A stretch of DNA of 64,000 bases from Gammaproteobacteria bacterium (GTDB lineage Bacteria; Pseudomonadota; Gammaproteobacteria; Pseudomonadales; Azotimanducaceae): assembly GCA_027297435.1 (NCBI GenBank), contig JAPUIA010000158.1, positions 13,427 to 77,426 of the forward strand, in the 5' to 3' direction. Each line of letters starts with the position of its first letter. The first letter of the stretch is position 1. The translations under genes were made by a program, and so were the position numbers. The notes beneath the pieces were generated by a model. That model was not told the origin of the DNA, ran no database searches, and was given only the letters and a program-made list of their open reading frames with translations. Of this stretch, positions 9,185-17,370 are shown in pieces.

Positions 9185-9369
9185 GTGTCCTGTCCCACAA
9201 ATAAGTTGGACGAGGCGCACGGGGTTTTGCGTTCATGGCAAGGGTGCGCCCGTCAGGGGCGCCAGCCGCTGGGTTGCCGAGGACGCCGTGTGGTCGGCCT
9301 CACACGAGGACAAGCAACGCGGTCAGGCGCGAACTGCGAATTGTGGACGTTATTTGTGGGACAGGACAC
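9185..9369. repeat. 185-bp element bounded by perfect 20-bp inverted repeats (MITE-like or structured RNA)
   Basis: 9185-9204 GTGTCCTGTCCCACAAATAA is the exact reverse complement of 9350-9369. The 145-bp GC-rich interior has local hairpins, for example 9246-9251 pairing with 9257-9262. No credible ORF. Confidence 0.8.
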
Positions 9370-9374
9370 CGGGG

Positions 9375-9767
9375 TCAGGGCGTCTTAACGGCGACACCGT
9401 TGGTGCGCAGCGCGTCGATTGCGATCGCGAGTTTGGCTGCGGGAACGAGCACGTAGTCGGTGTCGAAGGTTGAGATGGCAAAGAGTGTCACTCCCGCCTC
9501 GGCCAGAATCCGCGACAGGTAGGCGAGGATCCCCGTGAGAGCAAGATCCAGTGGGCCGCGGACCTTCAGGCCACGCCAGTCGCCCGCAACGTCGTCGCTG
9601 TCGAGAGCCGTTGTCGCCGGACACACGATCGACAACTCATCAGCCGTACGCACCATGGCAACGAACCCCTGGTCGAGTAGCCCGCTTGGAATAGTCGCAT
9701 CGGGGGATAACCGGTGGATGCTCAGGGTTTCCGGCAGGACGTCTAAATGCAGGCGCGGGTTAGACAT
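9375..9767 (-). CDS. ACT-domain protein (amino-acid-binding regulatory fold)
   Basis: 130 aa. LSIHRL...FVAMVRTADELSIVC...WRGLKVRGPLDLALTGILAYLSRILAEAGVTLFAISTFDTDYVLV is typical of small stand-alone ACT proteins. Confidence 0.65.
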   Translation of the reverse strand: MSNPRLHLDVLPETLSIHRLSPDATIPSGLLDQGFVAMVRTADELSIVCPATTALDSDDVAGDWRGLKVRGPLDLALTGILAYLSRILAEAGVTLFAISTFDTDYVLVPAAKLAIAIDALRTNGVAVKTP

Positions 9768-9770
9768 TGA

Positions 9771-10262
9771 TCAAGCATCATCGCCTTGCATTGCCGCCGC
9801 AACGACGCGATAGAAAGCGATACCGGCCACGATCACAAGCGTCGTAACGCCCGTCATGTAGGAGGCCATGGCCGATTGATCGTCGATGGCAGAGACGACT
9901 TGCAAAATTGCCGTGCCAAGCAGCAGGACGATGCTCAGAAGGAACAGGGTGAAATCGGTGATACGGCCTCGATTGAGGCGATACGAGGGAATAAATCGTG
10001 CAGCCACGATGAACGAGACCACGGCGGCGAGCATTATCTGACTTGCGCGAAACGCCATGAGCTCGGGAACCCGCGCTGCCAGCATGATAAGGGGTACCAA
10101 ACTAAAGAACGCACAGCTCAAGCTCAGCACCAACATGTTGGCGACACGGATACGTTGACCGGGATCTATCCTGGAGTCGCGAAACAGTACGACCGCGGCG
10201 CCGAATCCGGTCAAGGCGACGCTCAACACGCAGAGTAGTATCAGTACCGTCGAGTAGATCAT
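9771..10262 (-). CDS. hypothetical polytopic membrane protein
   Basis: Start at ATG 10262 (MIYSTVLILLCVLSV). About 5 hydrophobic helices and no recognisable motif. Lies 3 nt upstream of the ACT gene on the same strand. Confidence 0.5.
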   Translation of the reverse strand: MIYSTVLILLCVLSVALTGFGAAVVLFRDSRIDPGQRIRVANMLVLSLSCAFFSLVPLIMLAARVPELMAFRASQIMLAAVVSFIVAARFIPSYRLNRGRITDFTLFLLSIVLLLGTAILQVVSAIDDQSAMASYMTGVTTLVIVAGIAFYRVVAAAMQGDDA

Positions 10263-10356
10263 GGTTTGACCGCCTTGTTGGCAGCACCCATGCCGCGCAG
10301 CTCGGCGACTTGCAACACAGATGCCGCCGCGAGGCAACACCCTTGGATAGCGGCCG

Positions 10357-10761
10357 TCACTTTGTGAGAGGGCCGCGAGTCGGAGACCCCTTGAGCTCTA
10401 TGCGGTTGCCTTCCGGATCTTCCAGGTAGATCGAGGGTCCGAATCCGTCGGCGCCATACACCTCCATCAAGGGGCTCACTTCGATGCCTTTGCCCGTCAG
10501 GTAGCGACGGATCGTGGGTTCGTCGAAAGGCTCGACCCGTAGGCAAAAGTGGTCGAGGTTGGGTTCCCGATTGGGTTGCCCCGCCGCATCGGCCGGCATC
10601 GGAACGATATCGATCATGGCCTGACCGGCCCGCAGCTGCACAAGCCCGATGTCCAACTCTCGTTCGACGGTACAGCCGAGCACGTCGCAGTAAAAGGCGA
10701 CCAACTTGGTCGGCGCGCGCGCGCGCAGCACGAGGTGGTCGATGTGTGACACTTTGATCAT
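10357..10761 (-). CDS. VOC (glyoxalase/bleomycin-resistance/dioxygenase) family protein
   Basis: IDHLVLRA...FYCDVLGC...LDHFCLRV...IYLEDPEGNRIEL shows the typical VOC beta-alpha-beta-beta-beta repeats and metal ligands. Confidence 0.8.
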   Translation of the reverse strand: MIKVSHIDHLVLRARAPTKLVAFYCDVLGCTVERELDIGLVQLRAGQAMIDIVPMPADAAGQPNREPNLDHFCLRVEPFDEPTIRRYLTGKGIEVSPLMEVYGADGFGPSIYLEDPEGNRIELKGSPTRGPLTK

Positions 10762-11129
10762 GGAGCCTCAACGAGTTGGCCGCCGAAGGCGATACGGCCC
10801 TCTGCGGGTGGTGCGTAGAGCACGTGCACGTTGGCGTGCGGCCGGTCGAGGGCATCGGCGACGGTCAGCGCTACCTGTTTGGCTTCGGCGCGCAAAGCAT
10901 CTCTGTCTGGCAAGCTGGCTTTCAATATCGTGACAAAGGTCGCGCGTAGGTCTTCACCGACGGACACATGGTTCTCGGCGTAGTGAGCTCGCGACAGATA
11001 GCGAAGTCGAACCCAGGTGCCCGCGGGGTCACTGTCGAACAGCACTCCAAGACGATCAGCAACGGACTGTAGCTGTGCGTCGAGCGACTGCGAGTCGTCT
11101 TCGAGAACCTCGATATCGACGATCGGCAT
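10758..11129 (-). CDS. tautomerase-superfamily-like protein
   Basis: N-terminal MPIVDIEV (Pro-1 after Met removal) and a ~120-aa two-repeat size suggest a 4-OT/MIF-like tautomerase. Its stop overlaps the downstream VOC start (ATGA). Weak call. Confidence 0.5.
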   Translation of the reverse strand: MPIVDIEVLEDDSQSLDAQLQSVADRLGVLFDSDPAGTWVRLRYLSRAHYAENHVSVGEDLRATFVTILKASLPDRDALRAEAKQVALTVADALDRPHANVHVLYAPPAEGRIAFGGQLVEAP

Positions 11130-11138
11130 GGGTGGCGA

Positions 11139-11498
11139 CTACTCTTGGTCCATCTGATCGAGGTAGTAAACGTTGCCGTCCGGGTCTTGGAACATGGCCA
11201 TGAAACCACCCCAAGGTTGTTTCTCGGGCTGCATCGTGAAGGCCACCCCTTTTGCGACTAGGCTTTCGTGCATGCCGGGAAGGTCGGCGACGGCGAAGCC
11301 GACCCCGGTATGTCGACCGGTTAGGCTTTTGTCTTCGGTTTGCGCCAATGCGAAACCAACGTGCTCGGTCGCAAACGATGCGTAGCCGAAATCTTGTGAC
11401 TGCATCTTCACTTGCAAACCAAGAGTCGATTCAAAAAACGCCACTGAACGTTGCAGATCCGTGACAAAGACGTTTACGTAGGCAAGCTTCATCGACAC
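11139..11498 (-). CDS. VOC (glyoxalase) family protein
   Basis: LAYVNVFVTDLQRSVAFFESTLGL...GVGFAVADL...MFQDPDGNVYYL is the VOC fold signature. Confidence 0.8.
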   Translation of the reverse strand: MSMKLAYVNVFVTDLQRSVAFFESTLGLQVKMQSQDFGYASFATEHVGFALAQTEDKSLTGRHTGVGFAVADLPGMHESLVAKGVAFTMQPEKQPWGGFMAMFQDPDGNVYYLDQMDQE

Positions 11499-11754
11499 GA
11501 TGCACTTCCTTTTGACTCTTGTGGCCTCGTTAGTTTACTCCCAATTCGACGACGGCCGTCCAGCCTAGTAACCGTTGTACGTAGCCATGGATTGCCGTAT
11601 GGTTAGCGCGGATTGGAAGCCCGCCTTGATCTCTCTGTTCGAGTAACCCTCTATAAGTGAAGTCGGCGTCGATTCTGGTTGGGCGCGTGTGAGGACGCGC
11701 AAGGACGGCTTTTCTACAGCTGTTCGATTGGACTGTTGGTTTTGGAACTAGTGT

Positions 11755-12012
11755 ATGAAGATTTATGTGGGCAACCTGCCTTGGAGCGTTGCGAGTCCCG
11801 ATCTCGAAGAGATGTTCGCGAAATTTGGCGAAGTTCAAAGTGCGGACGTGATTATGGATCGCGACACGGGACGCTCGCGAGGATTTGGTTTCGTGGAGAT
11901 GGCCGACGATGCCGGGCGATCCGCGATAGAGGAACTGAACGATACAGAGATCGACTCGCGTCGTATCCGGGTCAGTCAGGCTAAGCAGAGAGCTCGAGAC
12001 AATAGGCGTTAA
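11755..12012 (+). CDS. RNA-binding protein with a single RRM domain
   Basis: RNP2 KIYVGNL and RNP1 RGFGFVEM are at canonical spacing. 85 aa with a basic tail. Confidence 0.9.
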   Translation: MKIYVGNLPWSVASPDLEEMFAKFGEVQSADVIMDRDTGRSRGFGFVEMADDAGRSAIEELNDTEIDSRRIRVSQAKQRARDNRR

Positions 12013-12119
12013 AGCAGCCGCGCCGCGCTCTCACACCTAACCGCGTTTCCTCCACACAGTCGCGGCATCGACTTGGCGTAAGCGGTGTGGAGTTGGCGCC
12101 GACTTGCGATGACAGGACG

Positions 12120-12494
12120 CTAGCGCGCCTTCGCGGCGCGTCGACCGTAGAAAACCCACGCATACATCGCGACGTTGATTAGCACGACCAGTGTCGCAAG
12201 CCCAAGCTGTAGACCCCTTGTCAGTCCGGCCGGGTAGATAACGGGTAGCAGGTAGTGGTCGACGAAACTAGTCGCGTAGCCGGCGTCACCGGCCAGGTGG
12301 CGCAGGCCGTTTTCCCAAATCGTCAACGGACACACCCGGTTGTCCAGTTCGACGAAGGCACCCCAAAAGGCGGCCGGTAGGTGCACAAACGGCACCCAGT
12401 GCCGCCATATCGCCAAGACGCCGCCCAAGACTACAAAGGCGATGAAGGCGAGGTGTACGATCAGTAGCGCGTCTGCAGCGAAACGGTAGAACAT
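12120..12494 (-). CDS. DUF2784 family membrane protein
   Basis: 124 aa. ADALLIVHLAFIAFVVLGG...CPLTIWEN is the conserved core of DUF2784. Confidence 0.7.
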   Translation of the reverse strand: MFYRFAADALLIVHLAFIAFVVLGGVLAIWRHWVPFVHLPAAFWGAFVELDNRVCPLTIWENGLRHLAGDAGYATSFVDHYLLPVIYPAGLTRGLQLGLATLVVLINVAMYAWVFYGRRAAKAR

Positions 12495-12545
12495 GGCGGT
12501 ACCGCTAGTTCGAGACTGGTGAGCGCGGCGTCATGCATCGTCGTT

Positions 12546-12923
12546 TCACCATGGCCCGCTTGCCGCGACCGCTTCGGTGTCACCGGGCCATGGCGGAGAA
12601 GTAGCGATTGCGATCTTCAGAGATGCGGCACCGGTGTTGCGGAACTGAAAAGCGGTTTGTGGCGGGATCACCAGACTGGTACCCGCATTGACGTCGATGG
12701 GTTTGCCATCGTTGAAGCCTTCACGCCAAACTTCTGCCGCCCCTGTGAGTATCCACCATATTTCTTCGACGGACCTGTGCTGGATCGCACGCGAGGTGGT
12801 GTGCGGCGGCAACACGCACTGGCACAGACTCGCGCGCTCGCCGCGCGCGAGAGGATGTATTTGGGATCCATCCGGCGCGAGCGTGTCGAAGTCTGATTTC
12901 AGTGGGACAGGGTCCAGATCCAT
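12546..12923 (-). CDS. cupin domain protein
   Basis: 125 aa. H..SVEEIWWILTG.AEVW...G and the following beta-strands fit the cupin two-motif barrel. Confidence 0.65.
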   Translation of the reverse strand: MDLDPVPLKSDFDTLAPDGSQIHPLARGERASLCQCVLPPHTTSRAIQHRSVEEIWWILTGAAEVWREGFNDGKPIDVNAGTSLVIPPQTAFQFRNTGAASLKIAIATSPPWPGDTEAVAASGPW

Positions 12924-12954
12924 CGCGATCTCCTGAGCATGGGTTAGAGGTGCC

Positions 12955-14628
12955 TCAATCGAGTTTGTCGGTCACCGCCCCTTCGCTCGCCGAACTCACG
13001 AGTTTCGCATACTTGGCCAATAGTCCTTTGGTTGCATAAGGTGGGGGTCGTTGCCAGTCGGCCTTGCGCTCCGCCAACACCGCATCACTGACCTCGACGT
13101 TGATCTCGCGGCGCTCTGCATCGATGGTGATGGTGTCCCCGTCTTCTATGCAGGCGATGGGGCCGCCTTCGAAGGCTTCTGGCGTGATGTGGCCAATCAA
13201 GAATCCATGCGAACCGCCGGAGAAACGACCATCGGTGATCAGCGCCACGTCGCCCGCCAGTTCCCGCCCGTTGATCGCGCTTGTCGGGGAGAGCATCTCG
13301 GGCATGCCGGGGGCGCCTTTGGGACCTTCGTAACGTACGACGACGACGTCGCCCTTACCGATCGTGCCGTCCAGGATGGCCGCCATGGCGGCCGCTTCAC
13401 CGTGGAAACATTTTGCGGTGCCGCTAAAGGTCAGACCTTCGTGCCCGCTAATTTTCGCGACCGCGCCCTCCGGTGCGAGGTTGCCGTAGAGCACCACGAT
13501 ATGGCTGTCTTGTTTGATCGGATCCGACAGTGGCCGGATGATTTTTTGCTCGGGCGGATAGGGGATAGTATCGGCGAGATTTTCGGCCAGCGTCTTGCCG
13601 GTGACCGTCAGACAATCACCATGCAGCAAGCCGGCGTCCAGAAGCATCTTCATCATTGGCTGAATGCCCCCGATGGCGATCAACTCGCTCATCGCATACT
13701 GCCCCACCGGACGGATATCGCCGAGCACGGGCACATGTTCGCCGATGCGTGTGAAGTCGTCGAGCCTGAGCGGTACGCCTGCCGCATCGGCTATCGCGAG
13801 CAGATGAAGCACCGCGTTGGTCGACCCTTCGAGTGCAATGACGACGGTAATGGCGTTCTCGAAGGCTTCCAGGTTCAGGATATCGCTGGGTCGGATACCG
13901 CGATCGATGAGGTTGTACACGGCGGCGCCGGCTTGATAACTGTCTTGTCGTTTCGCCTCGGAAACCGCTTCTTGCGCCGAACTGTTGGGCAACGATAGAC
14001 CCAAGGCTTCAATCGCAGAAGCCATGGTGTTCGCGGTGTACATGCCGCCGCAGGAGCCCGGCCCGGGGATGGCTGTGGCTTCCACTTCCTGCAACTCGAT
14101 GTCCGAGAGGGTTCCGGCAGAATGTCTGCCGACCGCCTCGAAAACTGAAATGATATCCCGGCGTTCTGCACCCAGCTGAATGGTGCCGCCGTAGACGAAT
14201 ACGCTGGGTCGGTCGATGCGCGCCATGGCCATCGCGCACGCGGGCATATTTTTGTCGCAGCCCCCGAGCGCCACAAAGCCGTCAAAACCCTGAGCACAAA
14301 CAACGGCTTCGATCGAGTCCGCGATCACCTCTCGCGAGACCAGCGAGTAGCGCATACCCGGTGTGCCCATGGAGATGCCGTCGGAGACCGTGATGGTATT
14401 GAACAGGACACTCTTGGCACCGGCTTCGTCAGCGCCCAGCGCGGCTGCATCGGCTAGCGTGTTGATGTGCATGTTGCATGGCGTGACCATGCTCCAGGTA
14501 GAGGCGATGCCAACCTGCGGTTTTTGGAAATCTGTTTTGTCGAATCCAAGTGCGTACAGCATGGCGCGGCTCGGTGCCTGCTCGACGCCGTCGACGACGA
14601 TGGACGAATAGTGGCGCTTGTCAGTCAT
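12955..14628 (-). CDS. ilvD: dihydroxy-acid dehydratase
   Basis: 557 aa. [24 protein letters not shown] and [14 protein letters not shown] are IlvD/Edd family signatures. Confidence 0.95.
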   Translation of the reverse strand: MTDKRHYSSIVVDGVEQAPSRAMLYALGFDKTDFQKPQVGIASTWSMVTPCNMHINTLADAAALGADEAGAKSVLFNTITVSDGISMGTPGMRYSLVSREVIADSIEAVVCAQGFDGFVALGGCDKNMPACAMAMARIDRPSVFVYGGTIQLGAERRDIISVFEAVGRHSAGTLSDIELQEVEATAIPGPGSCGGMYTANTMASAIEALGLSLPNSSAQEAVSEAKRQDSYQAGAAVYNLIDRGIRPSDILNLEAFENAITVVIALEGSTNAVLHLLAIADAAGVPLRLDDFTRIGEHVPVLGDIRPVGQYAMSELIAIGGIQPMMKMLLDAGLLHGDCLTVTGKTLAENLADTIPYPPEQKIIRPLSDPIKQDSHIVVLYGNLAPEGAVAKISGHEGLTFSGTAKCFHGEAAAMAAILDGTIGKGDVVVVRYEGPKGAPGMPEMLSPTSAINGRELAGDVALITDGRFSGGSHGFLIGHITPEAFEGGPIACIEDGDTITIDAERREINVEVSDAVLAERKADWQRPPPYATKGLLAKYAKLVSSASEGAVTDKLD

Positions 14629-14631
14629 TGG

Positions 14632-15960
14632 TTAACTTCGCAGCTTTTTCCTGAGCACTTTCGAATTGCGATGATAGTTATACAGCGCTTGTTTCGGCGT
14701 GGGTAGATCTGCGATATCCGCGTCTTCAAAACCGTGCTCCAGAAACCAATCGTGAGTCTGCGTGGTCAACGCGAATATTTCGCTGTGCCCCCTGGCGCGC
14801 GCTTCGGCTTCGGCAGCATCCAAAAGTTGCTTGCCGACGCTCGGACTACCGGTGTCGTTACCCTCCTGGCGATACGATTCGTGCACCGCCACGCAGGCCA
14901 GTTCCACGCTGGTGCCGACGGGGTACAGCGCGCAACAACCGATGACGAAGCCGTCGACCTCGGCGACGAAGAATTGGTCGATCTCTTGTTCGAGCCGGTC
15001 GCGGGACCTCCGCACGAGAACGCCGGAATCCTCCAGGGGGCGGATGACCTCGACGATATCCGCCACGTCTTCGAGCTTTGCACGCCGCACGAGGCGTCGA
15101 TCTTGCTCGGTAACCTGTGTGCCGACGCCATCGGCGGTAAACAGTTCCTCGAGCAACGCTCCGTCGTCGCGATAGCTCACCAGTTGGCCGCTTTGAACGC
15201 CCGCGCGCACGGCGCGAACGAGGGCACGCAAGCGCTGGCGCGTCGAAGCTTGGATAGTCGATGTGTCGAGAATCTTGTCAAGAACGGTTGGGGTAAAGTT
15301 GCTTAGGCGGTGTCCGTTCGCGTCGCTGAGGTAGGGTGCGGCATCGAATACGATCAGTTTGTCTGCTCTCAAGGCGGCTGCAACTTGTCCTGAGAGTTCG
15401 TCAGCTGTCAGATTGAACGCCTGTCCTGAAGGCGAGTAGCCGATGGGCGACAGCAATACGATGGCGCCTGTATCCAGAACCTTGTTGATACGCTGCGTAT
15501 GAACCTTGCGCGCAAGCCCGGTGAACTGGTGATCGATACCGTCCAATACACCGATAGGTTTGGCGGTCACGAAGTTGCCGGAGACCAGTTGTATATCGGT
15601 ATTGTGCAGCGGACTCGTCGGCAATCCAGTCGAGAACAGTGCTTCGAGATTGCTGCGTATCTGCCCGTAGACGCCAGTAATCGTACGCATCGCTTCATCG
15701 TCCGTGATGCGTCGTGACAGTTCACCGTGCCGATGGAACGATCGAACCTCGAGAGAGGCGTTGATCTGTTCACGAGCGCCGTGAACGACGACTAGGCGGA
15801 CGCCGAGTACGTTCAAGAGTGCCAAGTCGTGCACGATGTTCGTGAGATTGGCGTGCGCCACGGCATCGCCGCCGAGTAAAACGACGAATGTCTTGTTGCG
15901 ATGGGCGCTGATATAGGGGGTCGAATCCCGAAACCAGCGTGCGTAAGAGTGGGTGTTCAC
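14632..15960 (-). CDS. argA: amino-acid N-acetyltransferase (N-acetylglutamate synthase)
   Basis: 442 aa. N-terminal amino-acid-kinase fold (FRDSTPYISAHRNKTFVVLLGG) plus a C-terminal GNAT domain (LACVAVHESYRQ...G..LL). Confidence 0.92.
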   Translation of the reverse strand: MNTHSYARWFRDSTPYISAHRNKTFVVLLGGDAVAHANLTNIVHDLALLNVLGVRLVVVHGAREQINASLEVRSFHRHGELSRRITDDEAMRTITGVYGQIRSNLEALFSTGLPTSPLHNTDIQLVSGNFVTAKPIGVLDGIDHQFTGLARKVHTQRINKVLDTGAIVLLSPIGYSPSGQAFNLTADELSGQVAAALRADKLIVFDAAPYLSDANGHRLSNFTPTVLDKILDTSTIQASTRQRLRALVRAVRAGVQSGQLVSYRDDGALLEELFTADGVGTQVTEQDRRLVRRAKLEDVADIVEVIRPLEDSGVLVRRSRDRLEQEIDQFFVAEVDGFVIGCCALYPVGTSVELACVAVHESYRQEGNDTGSPSVGKQLLDAAEAEARARGHSEIFALTTQTHDWFLEHGFEDADIADLPTPKQALYNYHRNSKVLRKKLRS

Positions 15961-16053
15961 GGCGTCAAAAAAAGTGACCGGCTCGTTGCAAAAAGGGGCG
16001 CATTCTACACTAGCGTCTGCGGCGCGCGTGCCGGTTCAACAACAAGTGTGGTC

Positions 16054-17199
16054 TCAACAACAATAGTGGTGGATCACCTTCATCAATGTGGTTCTAGCGG
16101 GTTCAATCTGGCGATGGGACAGATACTCGTCTGGTTGGTGGGCCTGATCGATGCTGCCGGGACCGAAGATAACGGTCTCTAACCCGAGGCTCTGCAGGAA
16201 GAAACCCTCGGTGCCGAACGCGACCGTACCCGGCGCGTTGCCGGACAAGGCACTCAAAGTGCGTACCAACCGGCCGTCTTTGGGGGTTTCGAATGGCGGT
16301 ATGGGAGGATAAAAGGCTTCGAAGGTGAGCGGCATCTGGTGCTCTTGGGCGACCCCATGAATGCGAAGTTTCAGCGCCGCATAGATCGCATCGGTATCCA
16401 TGCCGGGAAGCAGGCGCAAGTCGATCTGCAACTCTGCGTGGTCGCAGATACGATTGGGATTATCGCCCGCCCGCAGACAGCCGAGGTTCAGTGTCGGAAT
16501 CGTCACCTCGAACGCCGGGTTTTGGTACCGCTCGGCAAGTTCTTGGCGAAATACGATGAGTTCCCCCATGACCGCGTGCATGACGTCGAGCGCGTTGCGG
16601 CCGAGTTCCGGATTCGATGAATGACCCGATGATCCCTGCAGCTTGATCGACAGCAACATGATGCCTTTGTGCGCGTAGATCGGTGTCAGTCCCGTCGGTT
16701 CGCCGATGATGGCGGCCTCCGCCCTGGGTTTGCCGCATTCCAGGAGATAACGCCCGCCGGCCATGGAAGACTCTTCGTCGGAGGTCGCGACGATGGTGAT
16801 GGGTGCGGCCAGCTTGGCAGCGTCGAATTCTGCGACGGCGGTGAGCGCAATCGGAAAGAAACCCTTCATATCGCAGGTGCCAAGGCCATAGAACTTGTCG
16901 TCGGTATCGGTGAGGGCGAGTGGGTCCTTGTTCCAGGCTGCATCGTCGAAAGGAACGGTGTCGGTATGCCCCGCGAGCACCAACCCACCGGTCCCGGAAC
17001 CAAGTGTCGCGATCAGATTAGCTTTGCCGGGATGATCGGGCAGCGGCATCAGCTCGGTTCGAAAGCCGAGATCATCGAGCCAGTTGGCGAGATGTTCGAT
17101 GACCTTGAGGTTGCTCTGATCGATTTCCGGCGACGTGCAGCTCACCGAGGGCTCACTGATAAGCGTGGACAGCATCTCTTTGAACGCGGGTAGCGGCAT
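16054..17199 (-). CDS. argE: acetylornithine deacetylase
   Basis: 381 aa M20 peptidase. LVLAGHTDTVP, GLGTCDMKG and SDEESS are metal ligands. Adjacent to argA. Confidence 0.9.
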   Translation of the reverse strand: MPLPAFKEMLSTLISEPSVSCTSPEIDQSNLKVIEHLANWLDDLGFRTELMPLPDHPGKANLIATLGSGTGGLVLAGHTDTVPFDDAAWNKDPLALTDTDDKFYGLGTCDMKGFFPIALTAVAEFDAAKLAAPITIVATSDEESSMAGGRYLLECGKPRAEAAIIGEPTGLTPIYAHKGIMLLSIKLQGSSGHSSNPELGRNALDVMHAVMGELIVFRQELAERYQNPAFEVTIPTLNLGCLRAGDNPNRICDHAELQIDLRLLPGMDTDAIYAALKLRIHGVAQEHQMPLTFEAFYPPIPPFETPKDGRLVRTLSALSGNAPGTVAFGTEGFFLQSLGLETVIFGPGSIDQAHQPDEYLSHRQIEPARTTLMKVIHHYCC

Positions 17200-17280
17200 T
17201 TGTCGGCAGCCTAAAAGGACGGTTGCGGAGTGGGTACGCGGCGAGATTGTCGCCTTTTTACGCGACCGGGACTAGCAGGG

Positions 17281-17302
17281 AAAAAAAGGCCGCATAGCGG
17301 GC
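17281..17302 (-). terminator. weak candidate terminator after the GspE-like gene
   Basis: The minus strand reads GCCCGCTATGCGGCC followed by T7. The stem is only 4-5 bp, so support is weak. Confidence 0.3.
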
Positions 17303-17328
17303 TCTTTTCAACAGAATAAAGTTGATTT

Positions 17329-17343
17329 TGGGACAGGACACTA
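17329..17343. repeat. solo copy of the 9185-element arm
   Basis: TGGGACAGGACACTA at 17329-17343 equals the reverse complement of 9183-9197 (arm plus 2 flanking nt). Lies between the argE start and the stop of the GspE-like gene. Confidence 0.65.
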
Positions 17344-17370
17344 AGGAGCAGGGTGTTTATCAACACGCTG

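Noticed and set aside
9185-9369. Retron msr/msd-like interpretation of the inverted-repeat element.
   Set aside because: No reverse transcriptase or any enzyme gene is adjacent, and I cannot identify the conserved branching G context. MITE, structured RNA and operator remain the open options (see findings).
11530-11838. A 102-aa minus-strand ORF in the leader of the RRM gene.
   Set aside because: It has no RBS, a low-complexity basic translation, and overlaps the start of the RRM gene in antisense. It is more likely non-coding leader sequence.
17241-17267. The hairpin GGCGAgattgTCGCC followed by TTTTT upstream of argE, read as a plus-strand terminator or as a Pseudomonas-type ArgR TGTCGC box.
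   Set aside because: No plus-strand gene ends there. Only a single TGTCGC half-site is present, not the tandem arrangement I recall for ArgR. It is too weak to call.
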